38,195 bases of DNA, taken from UHGV virus genome UHGV-0058093. One strand, written 5' to 3'. Below, piece by piece: positions 1 to 8,104 of this stretch. The notes beneath the pieces were generated by a model. That model saw nothing but the letters and a program-made list of their open reading frames with translations, had not been told where the DNA came from and made no database searches. Source of the DNA: a virus. Numbering within the stretch: the stretch's first letter is position 1; every line of letters begins with the position of its first letter. The translations under genes were made by a program, and so were the position numbers.

Positions 1-55
1 GTTTAGTTTTTAGTTTAGTTTAGTTTGCTTTTTAGTTTATTTTTAGTTTAGTTTA
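1..55. repeat. Degenerate (GTTTA/TTTAG)n short tandem array at the left end
   Basis: Sequence reads gtttagtttttagtttagtttagtttgctttttagtttatttttagtttagttta. Confidence 0.8.
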
Positions 56-366
56 AAAAAGAATTTTCAATACACCCCCTAGAGCGTCGATTGAAATTCT
101 TGAGAAAATATTTTGTATTGGGATGGTACCTACCGCAATTGTTAGACCAACTAAAAGACGCTTAGTGAGCTTAATACCTACCCCGATACAACCATTAACC
201 ATCCTCTAAGAGGTGAATAACCGATACCTGAAAATGGTAGATATATTGAGTTTAGAATTAATCTTTCAAAAGAAAATAACCCCCTATATATACTTTAGTA
301 TATACAACTCCCCCTAAAAGAAAATATTTTCTTAATAAGAAAAAGTGACGAAAATGTTTTTAAATA

Positions 367-375
367 TGGTATAAT
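367..375 (+). promoter_or_regulatory. Extended -10 promoter (TGnTATAAT) for the left arm
   Basis: TGGTATAAT about 25 nt upstream of ORF 400, which has a purine-rich RBS. Confidence 0.55.
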
Positions 376-399
376 ATAAGTAGGGAAGGGGATAAGTAA

Positions 400-714
400 A
401 TGAGTTTAGAGAAAGAATTAGATATCGTAGATGAGATGAAAGAGATTAGAAAGAACGCAAAAAAGTTCGGTATTGAATTAGAATTAGTAAAAGATAGTAT
501 TTTATTTGATGAAGATGTATTAGATGTAATTGTTATTAATGTGAGTAAAGGAAATAATACTTTAACAGAAGTAGCCGTACCAAGTGAAGTAAGTAAAGAT
601 GATATTATTTTAGCTGTAAGACAATTATTAATGATTATGGTGGATGAGGAAGTATTTAATAAAGCGGTTACTAAGGAGGTAGGAGATGTACATAGAGGAA
701 TATTTAAGAAATAG
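400..714 (+). CDS. Hypothetical protein
   Basis: 104 aa ORF with RBS, first gene of the + arm. Confidence 0.7.
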   Translation: MSLEKELDIVDEMKEIRKNAKKFGIELELVKDSILFDEDVLDVIVINVSKGNNTLTEVAVPSEVSKDDIILAVRQLLMIMVDEEVFNKAVTKEVGDVHRGIFKK

Positions 715-973
715 ATTACTCTACAATAATACAAAGAACTATAAGACTTTATGTAGAGTAGCTAAGTGGGTAGAGAGTTCTGGTGATTGTGAAGTATATG
801 TATATGAAGATTTTAATGAAGAAAGCAGAACAAATAAACAATTCTATAGAATAGATATTATAGGTAATAATAAAGAAATATATACTAGAACTAATATAAT
901 ATTTGGATGGTTAGTAGCCCACTTTGTGGAAGATATGAAGAGAGTAAGAGAGAATGTTGAAGCACGAGCTTAA
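686..973 (+). CDS. Hypothetical protein
   Basis: 95 aa ORF preceded by AAGGAGGTAGGAG. Confidence 0.7.
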   Translation: MYIEEYLRNRLLYNNTKNYKTLCRVAKWVESSGDCEVYVYEDFNEESRTNKQFYRIDIIGNNKEIYTRTNIIFGWLVAHFVEDMKRVRENVEARA

Positions 974-1106
974 CTTTACTGATGAGAATTTATTTAACTG
1001 GATAGATTTATTTGTAGATATAAACTATATCAAATCAAGAAAGCGTCTTTCACCTCAAAGGTTAAAAGAATTATTAAAGAAGAATATAATGAAGTCTTGT
1101 AAATAA
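954..1106 (+). CDS. Small hypothetical protein (50 aa, MLKHELNFTDENLFNW...)
   Basis: Translated by hand; overlaps the end of the previous gene and fills the gap; not in the ORF track. Confidence 0.45.
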   Translation: MLKHELNFTDENLFNWIDLFVDINYIKSRKRLSPQRLKELLKKNIMKSCK

Positions 1107-1118
1107 GTTCACTACCAT

Positions 1119-1205
1119 TACTACATAAGGATTTAAGACGGTTAATGAAATTAAATTTTAAATAACTAAAAGGTAGTTAAAATAGACTTCAAGCCTTATG
1201 TAGTA
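1119..1205. repeat. Inverted repeat TACTACATAAGG / CCTTATGTAGTA with 63-bp AT-rich spacer
   Basis: Perfect 12-bp arms at 1119-1130 and 1194-1205, extending imperfectly to about 19 bp. Confidence 0.8.
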
Positions 1206-1237
1206 TGAGAGAGAGCTAAATTTTTTAAAAAGGCGGA

Positions 1238-1254
1238 TGTGGTATAATTATAAT
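1238..1254 (+). promoter_or_regulatory. Extended -10 promoter upstream of the packaging/late operon
   Basis: TGTGGTATAAT followed by a second TATAAT; no clear -35. Confidence 0.55.
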
Positions 1255-1303
1255 AGAAGTAAAATTCTCAAAATACCTTTCCTCCTTTATGGTAGATAAT
1301 GAC

Positions 1304-1345
1304 TAGTTAAGGTTAGAGAATTATCCTTAACTTTTTCTTTTTTTT
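1304..1345 (+). terminator. Intrinsic terminator/attenuator in the late-operon leader
   Basis: Stem AGTTAAGG / CCTTAACT followed by a long T tract directly before the terS RBS. Confidence 0.6.
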
Positions 1346-1355
1346 AGGAGTATTT

Positions 1356-1736
1356 ATGATAGATGCGACCCATCAAAAGTTTATAGACTTTTATCTTCAA
1401 TCCTATAGCCCAGAGCTTGCAGCAATTAAAGCAGGATATCCAAAGGAGGAAGCTTTAAGTATAGGGATTGACTTGCTGGCTAATGATGAGATAGCGGAAG
1501 CAATATCAGTAAGAGAAGCTCAACTTGATAAAGCAGCAGCTAATATGAAGATGACAAAAGAAAAACTCCTAAGGACGTTATACTACCAATATTCACAGGC
1601 GGTTAAGTTTAACAAGACTACAGACGCTCTGAATATACTAGAGAGGTTAGCTAAGTGGAGTGGGTTACAGCCTGATGAGTTGGTTATCAACCCAGTTAAT
1701 CTGGTTATTAATAATGTAGAGGAAGGTAAATTATAA
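1356..1736 (+). CDS. terS: Terminase small subunit
   Basis: HQKFIDFYL...AAIKAGY...LL N-terminal HTH pattern typical of Terminase_2; lies upstream of terL. Confidence 0.85.
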   Translation: MIDATHQKFIDFYLQSYSPELAAIKAGYPKEEALSIGIDLLANDEIAEAISVREAQLDKAAANMKMTKEKLLRTLYYQYSQAVKFNKTTDALNILERLAKWSGLQPDELVINPVNLVINNVEEGKL

Positions 1737-1739
1737 AAG

Positions 1740-1897
1740 AGGTTGACTGCTCGTAAGTCCAAACAACTAAGTTGTTCAAGGGTAGAGTACCTAACACCGA
1801 CTAGGGGGTGAGTAGGCTATCGAAATACCAGATAGATAAGGTCTTTTGGAGATTTGACTGTTCGAATAAACAGTACTGGTAATCCCTAAGGGGATAT
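1740..1897 (+). ncRNA. Candidate structured RNA between terS and the AP2/terL genes
   Basis: Non-coding, less AT-rich, with contiguous stems GACT/AGTC, AACAAC/GTTGTT, CCTA-CACC/GGTG-TAGG, TACCAG/CTGGTA enclosing AGGTCT/AGATTT and ACTGTT/AACAGT, and ATCCC/GGGAT. Confidence 0.5.
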
Positions 1898-1910
1898 AAA
1901 GGAGGTAAAG

Positions 1911-2174
1911 GTGGCAGAATATATTATAAACTCAAGGAAATATGGTAAACAAGTAGTTCTGCTTGATGATGAAGATTATGAAAGAGTAATAAAAGAAAAG
2001 TATTCATTATCAGTAACGTATGATAAAACTATTAATGGATTTTATGTAGCAAGAGTAAATAGAAAACAGATACGTTTAGGAGCTTTTAAAACGTTTGAAG
2101 AAGCTGTTAAATGTAGAATACAAGCAGAGGAAAAATATTTCCCTAACTCTAAGGAGGTGAGGTTTGATAGATGA
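1911..2174 (+). CDS. AP2-domain protein; HNH-AP2 homing endonuclease remnant lacking the HNH core
   Basis: N-terminal LLDDEDYERV joined directly to AP2-like RKQIRLGAFKTFEEAVKCRIQAEEKYF; strong RBS AAGGAGGT; GTG start. Confidence 0.7.
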   Translation: MAEYIINSRKYGKQVVLLDDEDYERVIKEKYSLSVTYDKTINGFYVARVNRKQIRLGAFKTFEEAVKCRIQAEEKYFPNSKEVRFDR

Positions 2175-3551
2175 GTTATGTTGTTAATTTATTACCAGCA
2201 CAGAAGGAGTTTTGGGAGATACCCCATAACTACGACAGAGACGTGGCTCTCTATCAATGACCGAGGGGGTTTTGGAAGCGGCAAGACTTTTTGTGGAAGC
2301 CTTCTTGGTATAACATTAGCTCTCAAGTATGCTGGTATTAAAGGATTAGTCGGAGCACAAACATTACCTCTTTTAAGAGATACAACACTAGCTACATATA
2401 TTGAACATTTAGATAAGTTAGGATGTCCTTATACTTATTTAAAGAGTGAAAATAAATTAGTATTCCCTAATAAATCTGAAATACTATTCAGGTTCTTAGA
2501 GGAAGATAGCAAACTTAAATCTTTAAACTTAGGTTTTATTGAGATTGAAGAAATGAGTGATACCCCTGAAAGTACATTCAGGATGTTGTTATCACGTCTA
2601 CGTCAAGAGAAGAAACCTGAATGGGGGAAAGATTTTAAGTATAGATTATTTGGTCACACAAACCCCCAACAATCTTTAGGATGGATATATGAGTATTTTA
2701 AGAAAAACCCACAACCTAATTATCGACGTATTATTGCTCCCACCGCTCAAAACATATATTTACCTGCAGGGTATCTTCAATCGCTAAAAGAAGTTTACTC
2801 TGATGAGTATTATAGAATAAATGTTTTAGGCGAGGATTGTAGCGAAACAGATACGCTAGTCACAAAAGGTTTCAATAAAGAAGTTCAAGTACGAGATGAT
2901 TTGAAATTGGATAAATCTTTACCAATCCACATTACCTGCGACTTTAACGTAGACCCTATGTGTTGGTATATAGCTCAAATTAAAGATGGTAATATATATT
3001 ATCTTTATGAAGTTGTTAGAGAGAATACAACTACAGACGCTACAGCACAGGACGTAGCCGAGCTACTTTATGATTGCAAACATTTACCAATAGAGATAAA
3101 CGGAGACGCTTCTGGAGACTTTAGAACTACTAAAGGTGTTGACTATGTTTACTTACGTAATAACTTAGAACGTAATGGTTTTAAGAATGTTAGTTTAAAA
3201 GTAACCCATAAGAACCCTCCGATTGAATACAGGATATCTTGTTGGAACAATATGATTAAAGGTGCTGGTGATACCCACCATATCTTTATTCACGAACAAT
3301 GTAAATATTTAATTTACAATATTGAGAACCTAGAAGTTCAAGCTGGTACAAGTAAACCTAAGTTACCAACTGCTTCAAGGATTAAGAGCGATAGCAAGGC
3401 TAAGTTCTTAGGACACCCAATAGACGCTGCAAGTTATCTTGTATGTTTATATTTTCCAGTTAAACGTATGACAGTAGATAACTTCAAAGAACAATCAAAT
3501 AATATGGGTGTTGATATATTTGGTGGTAAGTACGATAAAAGATTAATATAG
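2171..3551 (+). CDS. terL: Terminase large subunit, split reading frame: segment 1 at 2171-2257, 7-nt insert at 2258-2264, segment 2 at 2265-3551
   Basis: Adenine-binding motif LLPAQKEF in segment 1; Walker A GGFGSGKT, Walker B FIEIEEM, coupling motif HTNP and RNase H-like nuclease (CDFNVDP, GDASG, HPIDA) in segment 2. Confidence 0.9.
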
Positions 3552-3562
3552 GAGACAAAACC

Positions 3563-4153
3563 TTGGTGAGTTTTATATGTAAACATTGTGGCAAAGAATA
3601 TCACAAACCTGAATGTTTTACTAAAATAGGTTCATCATTTTGTTCTAGAAAATGTAAGGATAATTACAATAAAAATAAACATAAAACATTTAAGAACAAT
3701 ACTTTTAAAATAGTAGATAATTATTGTTTACTTAATAATTATTTTAAAATAGATATAGAAGATATTCTTAGAATAGAAAAATTAAATTGCTATATATCTA
3801 AAATGAATACTGGTTATGGTTGTTTTGTTATGAATAAAAAACATATATTACTTCATAGATGGTTATTAGACTGTCCAAAAGATTTATATGTCGACCATAG
3901 AAATAGAGATAAGTCAGATAACAGAAAATCTAATCTTAATATTGTTACTCCATCTAAGAATACTCAAAACAGAAAAAGACAAAGTAATAATAAAACTGGA
4001 TTTATAGGAATACATAAAACAAAATATGGATATAGAGCGGGCATTCAAGTAGCTGGTAAGGAAATAAGAAAACATTTTCCTGATTTAATACAAGCTGTTA
4101 AATGGAGAAAGAAAATGGAAAAAGAATTAAATTATTATAAAGGGGGTGTCTAA
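3563..4153 (+). CDS. Free-standing HNH homing endonuclease with N-terminal Zn-finger and C-terminal AP2-like domain
   Basis: CKHC...FCSRKC; LLHRWLL...VDHRNRDKSDNRKSNL; NNKTGFIGI; lies between terL and portal. Confidence 0.9.
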   Translation: MVSFICKHCGKEYHKPECFTKIGSSFCSRKCKDNYNKNKHKTFKNNTFKIVDNYCLLNNYFKIDIEDILRIEKLNCYISKMNTGYGCFVMNKKHILLHRWLLDCPKDLYVDHRNRDKSDNRKSNLNIVTPSKNTQNRKRQSNNKTGFIGIHKTKYGYRAGIQVAGKEIRKHFPDLIQAVKWRKKMEKELNYYKGGV

Positions 4154-5996
4154 AATCGTAAGCTATTTCTATAAGGCAAATAGGAAAGTAAGATTAACTC
4201 CTGAAAAGAGAGATACGATATCAAGTGAAATTAATAACCTTTTTAAATCTTACTATACTGATTTAGAAGTACCAAAGGATGAGACAGCAGCTCTACTTAA
4301 TGAGTTGTATCCTTCTTTGAAAACTAATTCAGATAAGATTAATAAGATACCTAGTATCTATGAACAATATAAAACTTATATGAGTGCTTTACACAGAGCT
4401 TGCTATCCTAGCTTAGAAGCTATCGTAGATATTAGAGGTTTAGACTTAAGAAGTAACGATTTAGCAGGTACTTACAAAGCAAGTCTTATCTATGATTGGT
4501 ATAATATAGATTTAATCTCAACACTAGATAAAGTGCTTGATGATTGGGTTAAAAAAGGTGAAGCTGCTTTATATGTTTGCTGGAAAGAAGAAACTGTACA
4601 GATAGAACAGGATGTTCCAGTAGTTGAGTATGATGTAGAGAATATGATACCTAAGCTTTCTACTGAAACAGTTAAGAGAGATTTACAAACCTTCAAGGCT
4701 GTAGATGTAAAAAGGATAGACCCATTTAATCTATACTTCGATAAATCCCAAGTAGATAACTGGGAGCACTGTCGTAAGATATACAGAGACTTTGTTCCTG
4801 TTGAAACAGTGTTAGCTAATGAGGGATATAATCTAACTAAAGAAGAACGTAAAGATATTAGAGAGCTTGTATATAAATCTAACAAACAAAACAAAAACCA
4901 ATATGAAACTAAGATAGACGAGAATACTAAAGTATACGGTTCTACTGTTGAAGTATTGGAATTTGAAGGCGATTTTATTGACCCTGATACTTGTGAAGTA
5001 CTTTATAATATGGAAGCTACAGTAGTAGCTGGCAAGTATCTAGCAAGATTTGAGAAGTCAAGTAAACCTCAAACATCTATTATTTGGGGAGCATATCTTA
5101 AAAGGCCAGATACAGGTAGAGGTCAATCTCCTTTAACAATCCCTTCAATATTAAACGCTGTACAGAATATGTGTGCGGATATAATGATGACATCTTGGAA
5201 GCTAAATACTTATCCAACATTCTTAGCTCCTAAAGGTGCATTACCTCTCTACACAGATGTACAAGCAGGAAGAGTCGTAGAATATGAACCAGATATGATG
5301 AGTGGGGCTACGCCTACTAAGTTAGACTTTACTTCTGGGTTAAGAGGATTTGAGTTCTCTGATTTCTTCCAAAGAAAGATGGAGAATGCAACAGGTATTA
5401 ACCAGTATATGCAAGGTGCTAATGATGGTAGCGTAAGAACTGCTAGTGAAGCAAGTTATATTCATAGTGGTGCTACAATGAGAATGGCAGAAGAGTCTCA
5501 CCTATTTACCCACAACATAATATACAAGTTGGTTAGGAAGTATGCTTTGTTTAAAAAGGTATATGATACTGGTAATATTGAAATACCAGTTGGCCCTAAT
5601 CAGTATGCTAAAGTAACAGATGAAGTAAGAAATGGTAATTACTACTTTATCATTGGGGGTAGCCAGTCTGCTGTAGAGAGAGATGGTGAAACCCAAAAGT
5701 TGTTTAACTTATTAGGTAGTCCAGTATTCCAATCATTATCTGCTGTACTAGACCCAGTTACCGCAGCAGAGTTTATGAAGTGGATATTGAATAGAATGAA
5801 TTTCCAAGACACTGACCAAGTGATGGAACTAATGACACTTAATGGACAGCTCTATAAGATAGCAGCTCAACTAGGAATTTCTAATAGTAGCTTCGCTGGA
5901 TTTAGAAATGATATGTTAGCTAGGTTCCCAGAGCAAGTACCTAATATAGTTAATCAAATGCTTGCAGAGAAAAGAGCAAATGAAGTTCAACAATAA
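4146..5996 (+). CDS. Portal protein (podovirus type)
   Basis: 616 aa after terL; RIDPFNLYFD, GRGQSP and MENATGINQYMQG...RTASE patterns typical of podoviral portals. Confidence 0.85.
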   Translation: MSKIVSYFYKANRKVRLTPEKRDTISSEINNLFKSYYTDLEVPKDETAALLNELYPSLKTNSDKINKIPSIYEQYKTYMSALHRACYPSLEAIVDIRGLDLRSNDLAGTYKASLIYDWYNIDLISTLDKVLDDWVKKGEAALYVCWKEETVQIEQDVPVVEYDVENMIPKLSTETVKRDLQTFKAVDVKRIDPFNLYFDKSQVDNWEHCRKIYRDFVPVETVLANEGYNLTKEERKDIRELVYKSNKQNKNQYETKIDENTKVYGSTVEVLEFEGDFIDPDTCEVLYNMEATVVAGKYLARFEKSSKPQTSIIWGAYLKRPDTGRGQSPLTIPSILNAVQNMCADIMMTSWKLNTYPTFLAPKGALPLYTDVQAGRVVEYEPDMMSGATPTKLDFTSGLRGFEFSDFFQRKMENATGINQYMQGANDGSVRTASEASYIHSGATMRMAEESHLFTHNIIYKLVRKYALFKKVYDTGNIEIPVGPNQYAKVTDEVRNGNYYFIIGGSQSAVERDGETQKLFNLLGSPVFQSLSAVLDPVTAAEFMKWILNRMNFQDTDQVMELMTLNGQLYKIAAQLGISNSSFAGFRNDMLARFPEQVPNIVNQMLAEKRANEVQQ

Positions 5997-6005
5997 GGAG
6001 GAAAG

Positions 6006-6350
6006 ATGAATTACGAAATGGCTCAAAGAGTTAAAAAAGAAAGACGTTCTGAAAACACTAAACAGGAAGAACTAAAAGCAAAAGCAGAGAAAGAAAAGTT
6101 TGAGGAAGCTAAGCGCTTTATAGAAACTAGAAAGATATTTGCAGACCTACTTGAAGGTAGAGAAGATTTATTTAAGCAATGTAGGGAGTTCTTAATCCTT
6201 AATACTTTAATCCCAGAGATAGGGATGAATGATTTAGTAGACGCTAAGTTTGCTGCTGGTTACAGGCTGGCTCTTGAAACAATAGAAGCTGTAGCTAAAC
6301 AGTACAAGACTTATCTAGAACGTTATGAAGAATTGAGACCAAACAAATAA
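6006..6350 (+). CDS. Hypothetical head-module protein
   Basis: RBS AAGGAGG; lies between portal and scaffold. Confidence 0.7.
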   Translation: MNYEMAQRVKKERRSENTKQEELKAKAEKEKFEEAKRFIETRKIFADLLEGREDLFKQCREFLILNTLIPEIGMNDLVDAKFAAGYRLALETIEAVAKQYKTYLERYEELRPNK

Positions 6351-6365
6351 GGAGGAAAGTAAATA

Positions 6366-7292
6366 ATGTCAGAAGAAATTACAAATGTTAATACGGTACA
6401 ACAACCAACCACAACAGAAGGACAAACTGGGGCAGCGCCAGCTACCCAAGAAAACTCAATGGTTAATGTTAGTACAGAAAACAATACAGTAGATAATGTG
6501 CAACCTGCTGTAGGGGAACAAGTTGAAAATGCACAAGCTACAGATATTACTGATAAGTTTGTAGAACCTAAACAAGATGTAAATGTGGAAGCTCTACAAA
6601 AACAAGTTCAGGAATATCAAGCAAAAGAGCAAGAGACAAGAGAACTGTTAAGCCGATTAGGTACTGACGGCAACACAGATATTCAAGTCTTGGAAGCTAT
6701 CAAGCAACGTGATATAATTGATAACCAAGCTCAACAGGCTTATGTAAAGCTTTGTAATAAGTATGGTGTTGATTATAGAGCAGAGAATATTGAAGCTTCT
6801 GCTAAAGCTCTTAAAGAAAAAGACCCACAAGCTTATTATGATTTACAGTATGAACTAGGTCAGCTAGACAATATTGTAAATGAAAAGAGAGGGGTTATAG
6901 ATAATTTTATAACACAGAAACAAGTTCAAACAAGTTTAAATAAGTATGGACAATTACTTAATGCTAGTCCAGCTTTAAAACAACAATTGAACTCTTATCT
7001 GAATACAGTACCATTAACTGACCCTGTTAATCAAATAGATACCTTTATGCAAATGGCTACAGCTATTCAGCGTGAAGCTATCGAGATTGGAAAGATACTT
7101 GCTCAACAGCAAGCACAAGCACAGTCTCCAGCTAACGTACTAAACAATAGCGTAATGGCTCAACAAACTTCATACGCTGCTACTCCTCCAAAGACTTGGA
7201 CTAGACAAGAGATAGCTGCTATGAGTGATAAAGAATTTGCTAAGTATGAAAAAGAGATTGATAGGGCGGTACGAGAAGGTAGAGTAATTTAA
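6366..7292 (+). CDS. Capsid scaffolding protein
   Basis: Acidic, Q-rich, helical; C-terminal WTRQEIAAMSDKEFAKYEKEIDRAVREGRV; immediately precedes the capsid gene. Confidence 0.75.
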   Translation: MSEEITNVNTVQQPTTTEGQTGAAPATQENSMVNVSTENNTVDNVQPAVGEQVENAQATDITDKFVEPKQDVNVEALQKQVQEYQAKEQETRELLSRLGTDGNTDIQVLEAIKQRDIIDNQAQQAYVKLCNKYGVDYRAENIEASAKALKEKDPQAYYDLQYELGQLDNIVNEKRGVIDNFITQKQVQTSLNKYGQLLNASPALKQQLNSYLNTVPLTDPVNQIDTFMQMATAIQREAIEIGKILAQQQAQAQSPANVLNNSVMAQQTSYAATPPKTWTRQEIAAMSDKEFAKYEKEIDRAVREGRVI

Positions 7293-7309
7293 TACGAAAG
7301 GATAAAACA

Positions 7310-7438
7310 ATGACCAATATTACCCCAACTAATACAATCTCTGCTATGATACCAGAGGTATATACCAAGAAACTAGCAAGACAAAATAAACAATATACTA
7401 GATTTATTGAAAGAAACTGTAACCGTAACTGGGAAGGT
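7310..7438 (+). CDS. Major capsid protein, exon 1 (43 aa, MTNITPTN...MIPEVYTKKL...CNRNWEG)
   Basis: RBS GAAAGGA; splicing restores NRNWEG-EIRGFGDVVNI, a typical capsid N-terminal motif; missed by the ORF track. Confidence 0.9.
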
Positions 7439-8104
7439 AACCTATAATTTTGCCTTCCGACTAAAAACTCCGCTAAACGGGGAAGCCCTTCAAATTAATG
7501 GGTAATCCCGTACCAAGCTATCATAGCGATATGTAGAGAGGTCTAACGACTAGAGCTGAAACTCACGTAGTTAATAATGCTCCACGAAAACGGAGGATAG
7601 AATGAAAGAATATCAAAATAGAGAATTATTAACCCAAGCTTATGAAACTTTAGGTTCATTACAAAAAGTAGCTGACTATTATAAAGTTAGTAAGAAGTTA
7701 ATTCTCAACTATATGAAGAAATTAGATATACCAAGAAATAAAAGAATAAAGAAAATTAAACCACCTGATACTTATCATAAAGGTTATATAACTACTTGGA
7801 ATGGATATAAAAAGGTTAAAGCGCCTATAGACCATCCTTACAAAGATAATAAGGGTTATATAATGGAGCATAGATTAGTGATGGAACAAAGCATTGGTAG
7901 GTATCTAGATAAGAATGAAGAAGTTCATCATATAGATTATAATAAGATGAATAATGATATTAGTAATTTACTATTAGTTACTAAAACCGAACATAGACGT
8001 ATTCATCTAAAAGATAGTATTCATCCTATTAAGATATAGTCTGAACTAACGGGATGATAAACCGTTAGATGTATAGGATAAAGAGCCTATACGATAACAC
8101 AATG
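7439..8104 (+). mobile_element. Group I intron (666 nt) in the major capsid gene
   Basis: Exon ends in U; P1 GGAAGGT/GCCTTCC with U-G wobble; R-like CTAACGACTAG; S-like AAGATATAGTCTG; P9 hairpins; terminal G at 8104; in-frame splice. Confidence 0.92.
7602..8039 (+). CDS. Intron-encoded HNH homing endonuclease with N-terminal HTH
   Basis: MEHRLVME...EEVHHIDYNKMNNDISNL; RBS GGAGG; stop overlaps the intron S element. Confidence 0.9.
   Translation: MKEYQNRELLTQAYETLGSLQKVADYYKVSKKLILNYMKKLDIPRNKRIKKIKPPDTYHKGYITTWNGYKKVKAPIDHPYKDNKGYIMEHRLVMEQSIGRYLDKNEEVHHIDYNKMNNDISNLLLVTKTEHRRIHLKDSIHPIKI

Noticed and set aside
1740..1897. tRNA, twister, pistol or hammerhead identity for the structured region
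   Set aside because: Only fragments match (GTTCGAAT, CCTAACAC, TAGGG/CCCTA); no complete cloverleaf or catalytic core could be built.
2258..2260. TGA reassignment or readthrough as an explanation for the terL stop
   Set aside because: The frame also changes, and TGA, TAG and TAA all serve as ordinary stops elsewhere in the genome.
2178..2264. ORF-track N-terminus of terL (MLLIYYQHRR...)
   Set aside because: Lacks the Q-motif and the pre-Walker-A strand, and has poorer SD spacing; the 2171 frame has all three. It is notably open and also 29 codons long, so minor use cannot be excluded.
8069..8104. Capsid start at ATG 8069
   Set aside because: Lies within the intron P9 region; the true start is 7310.
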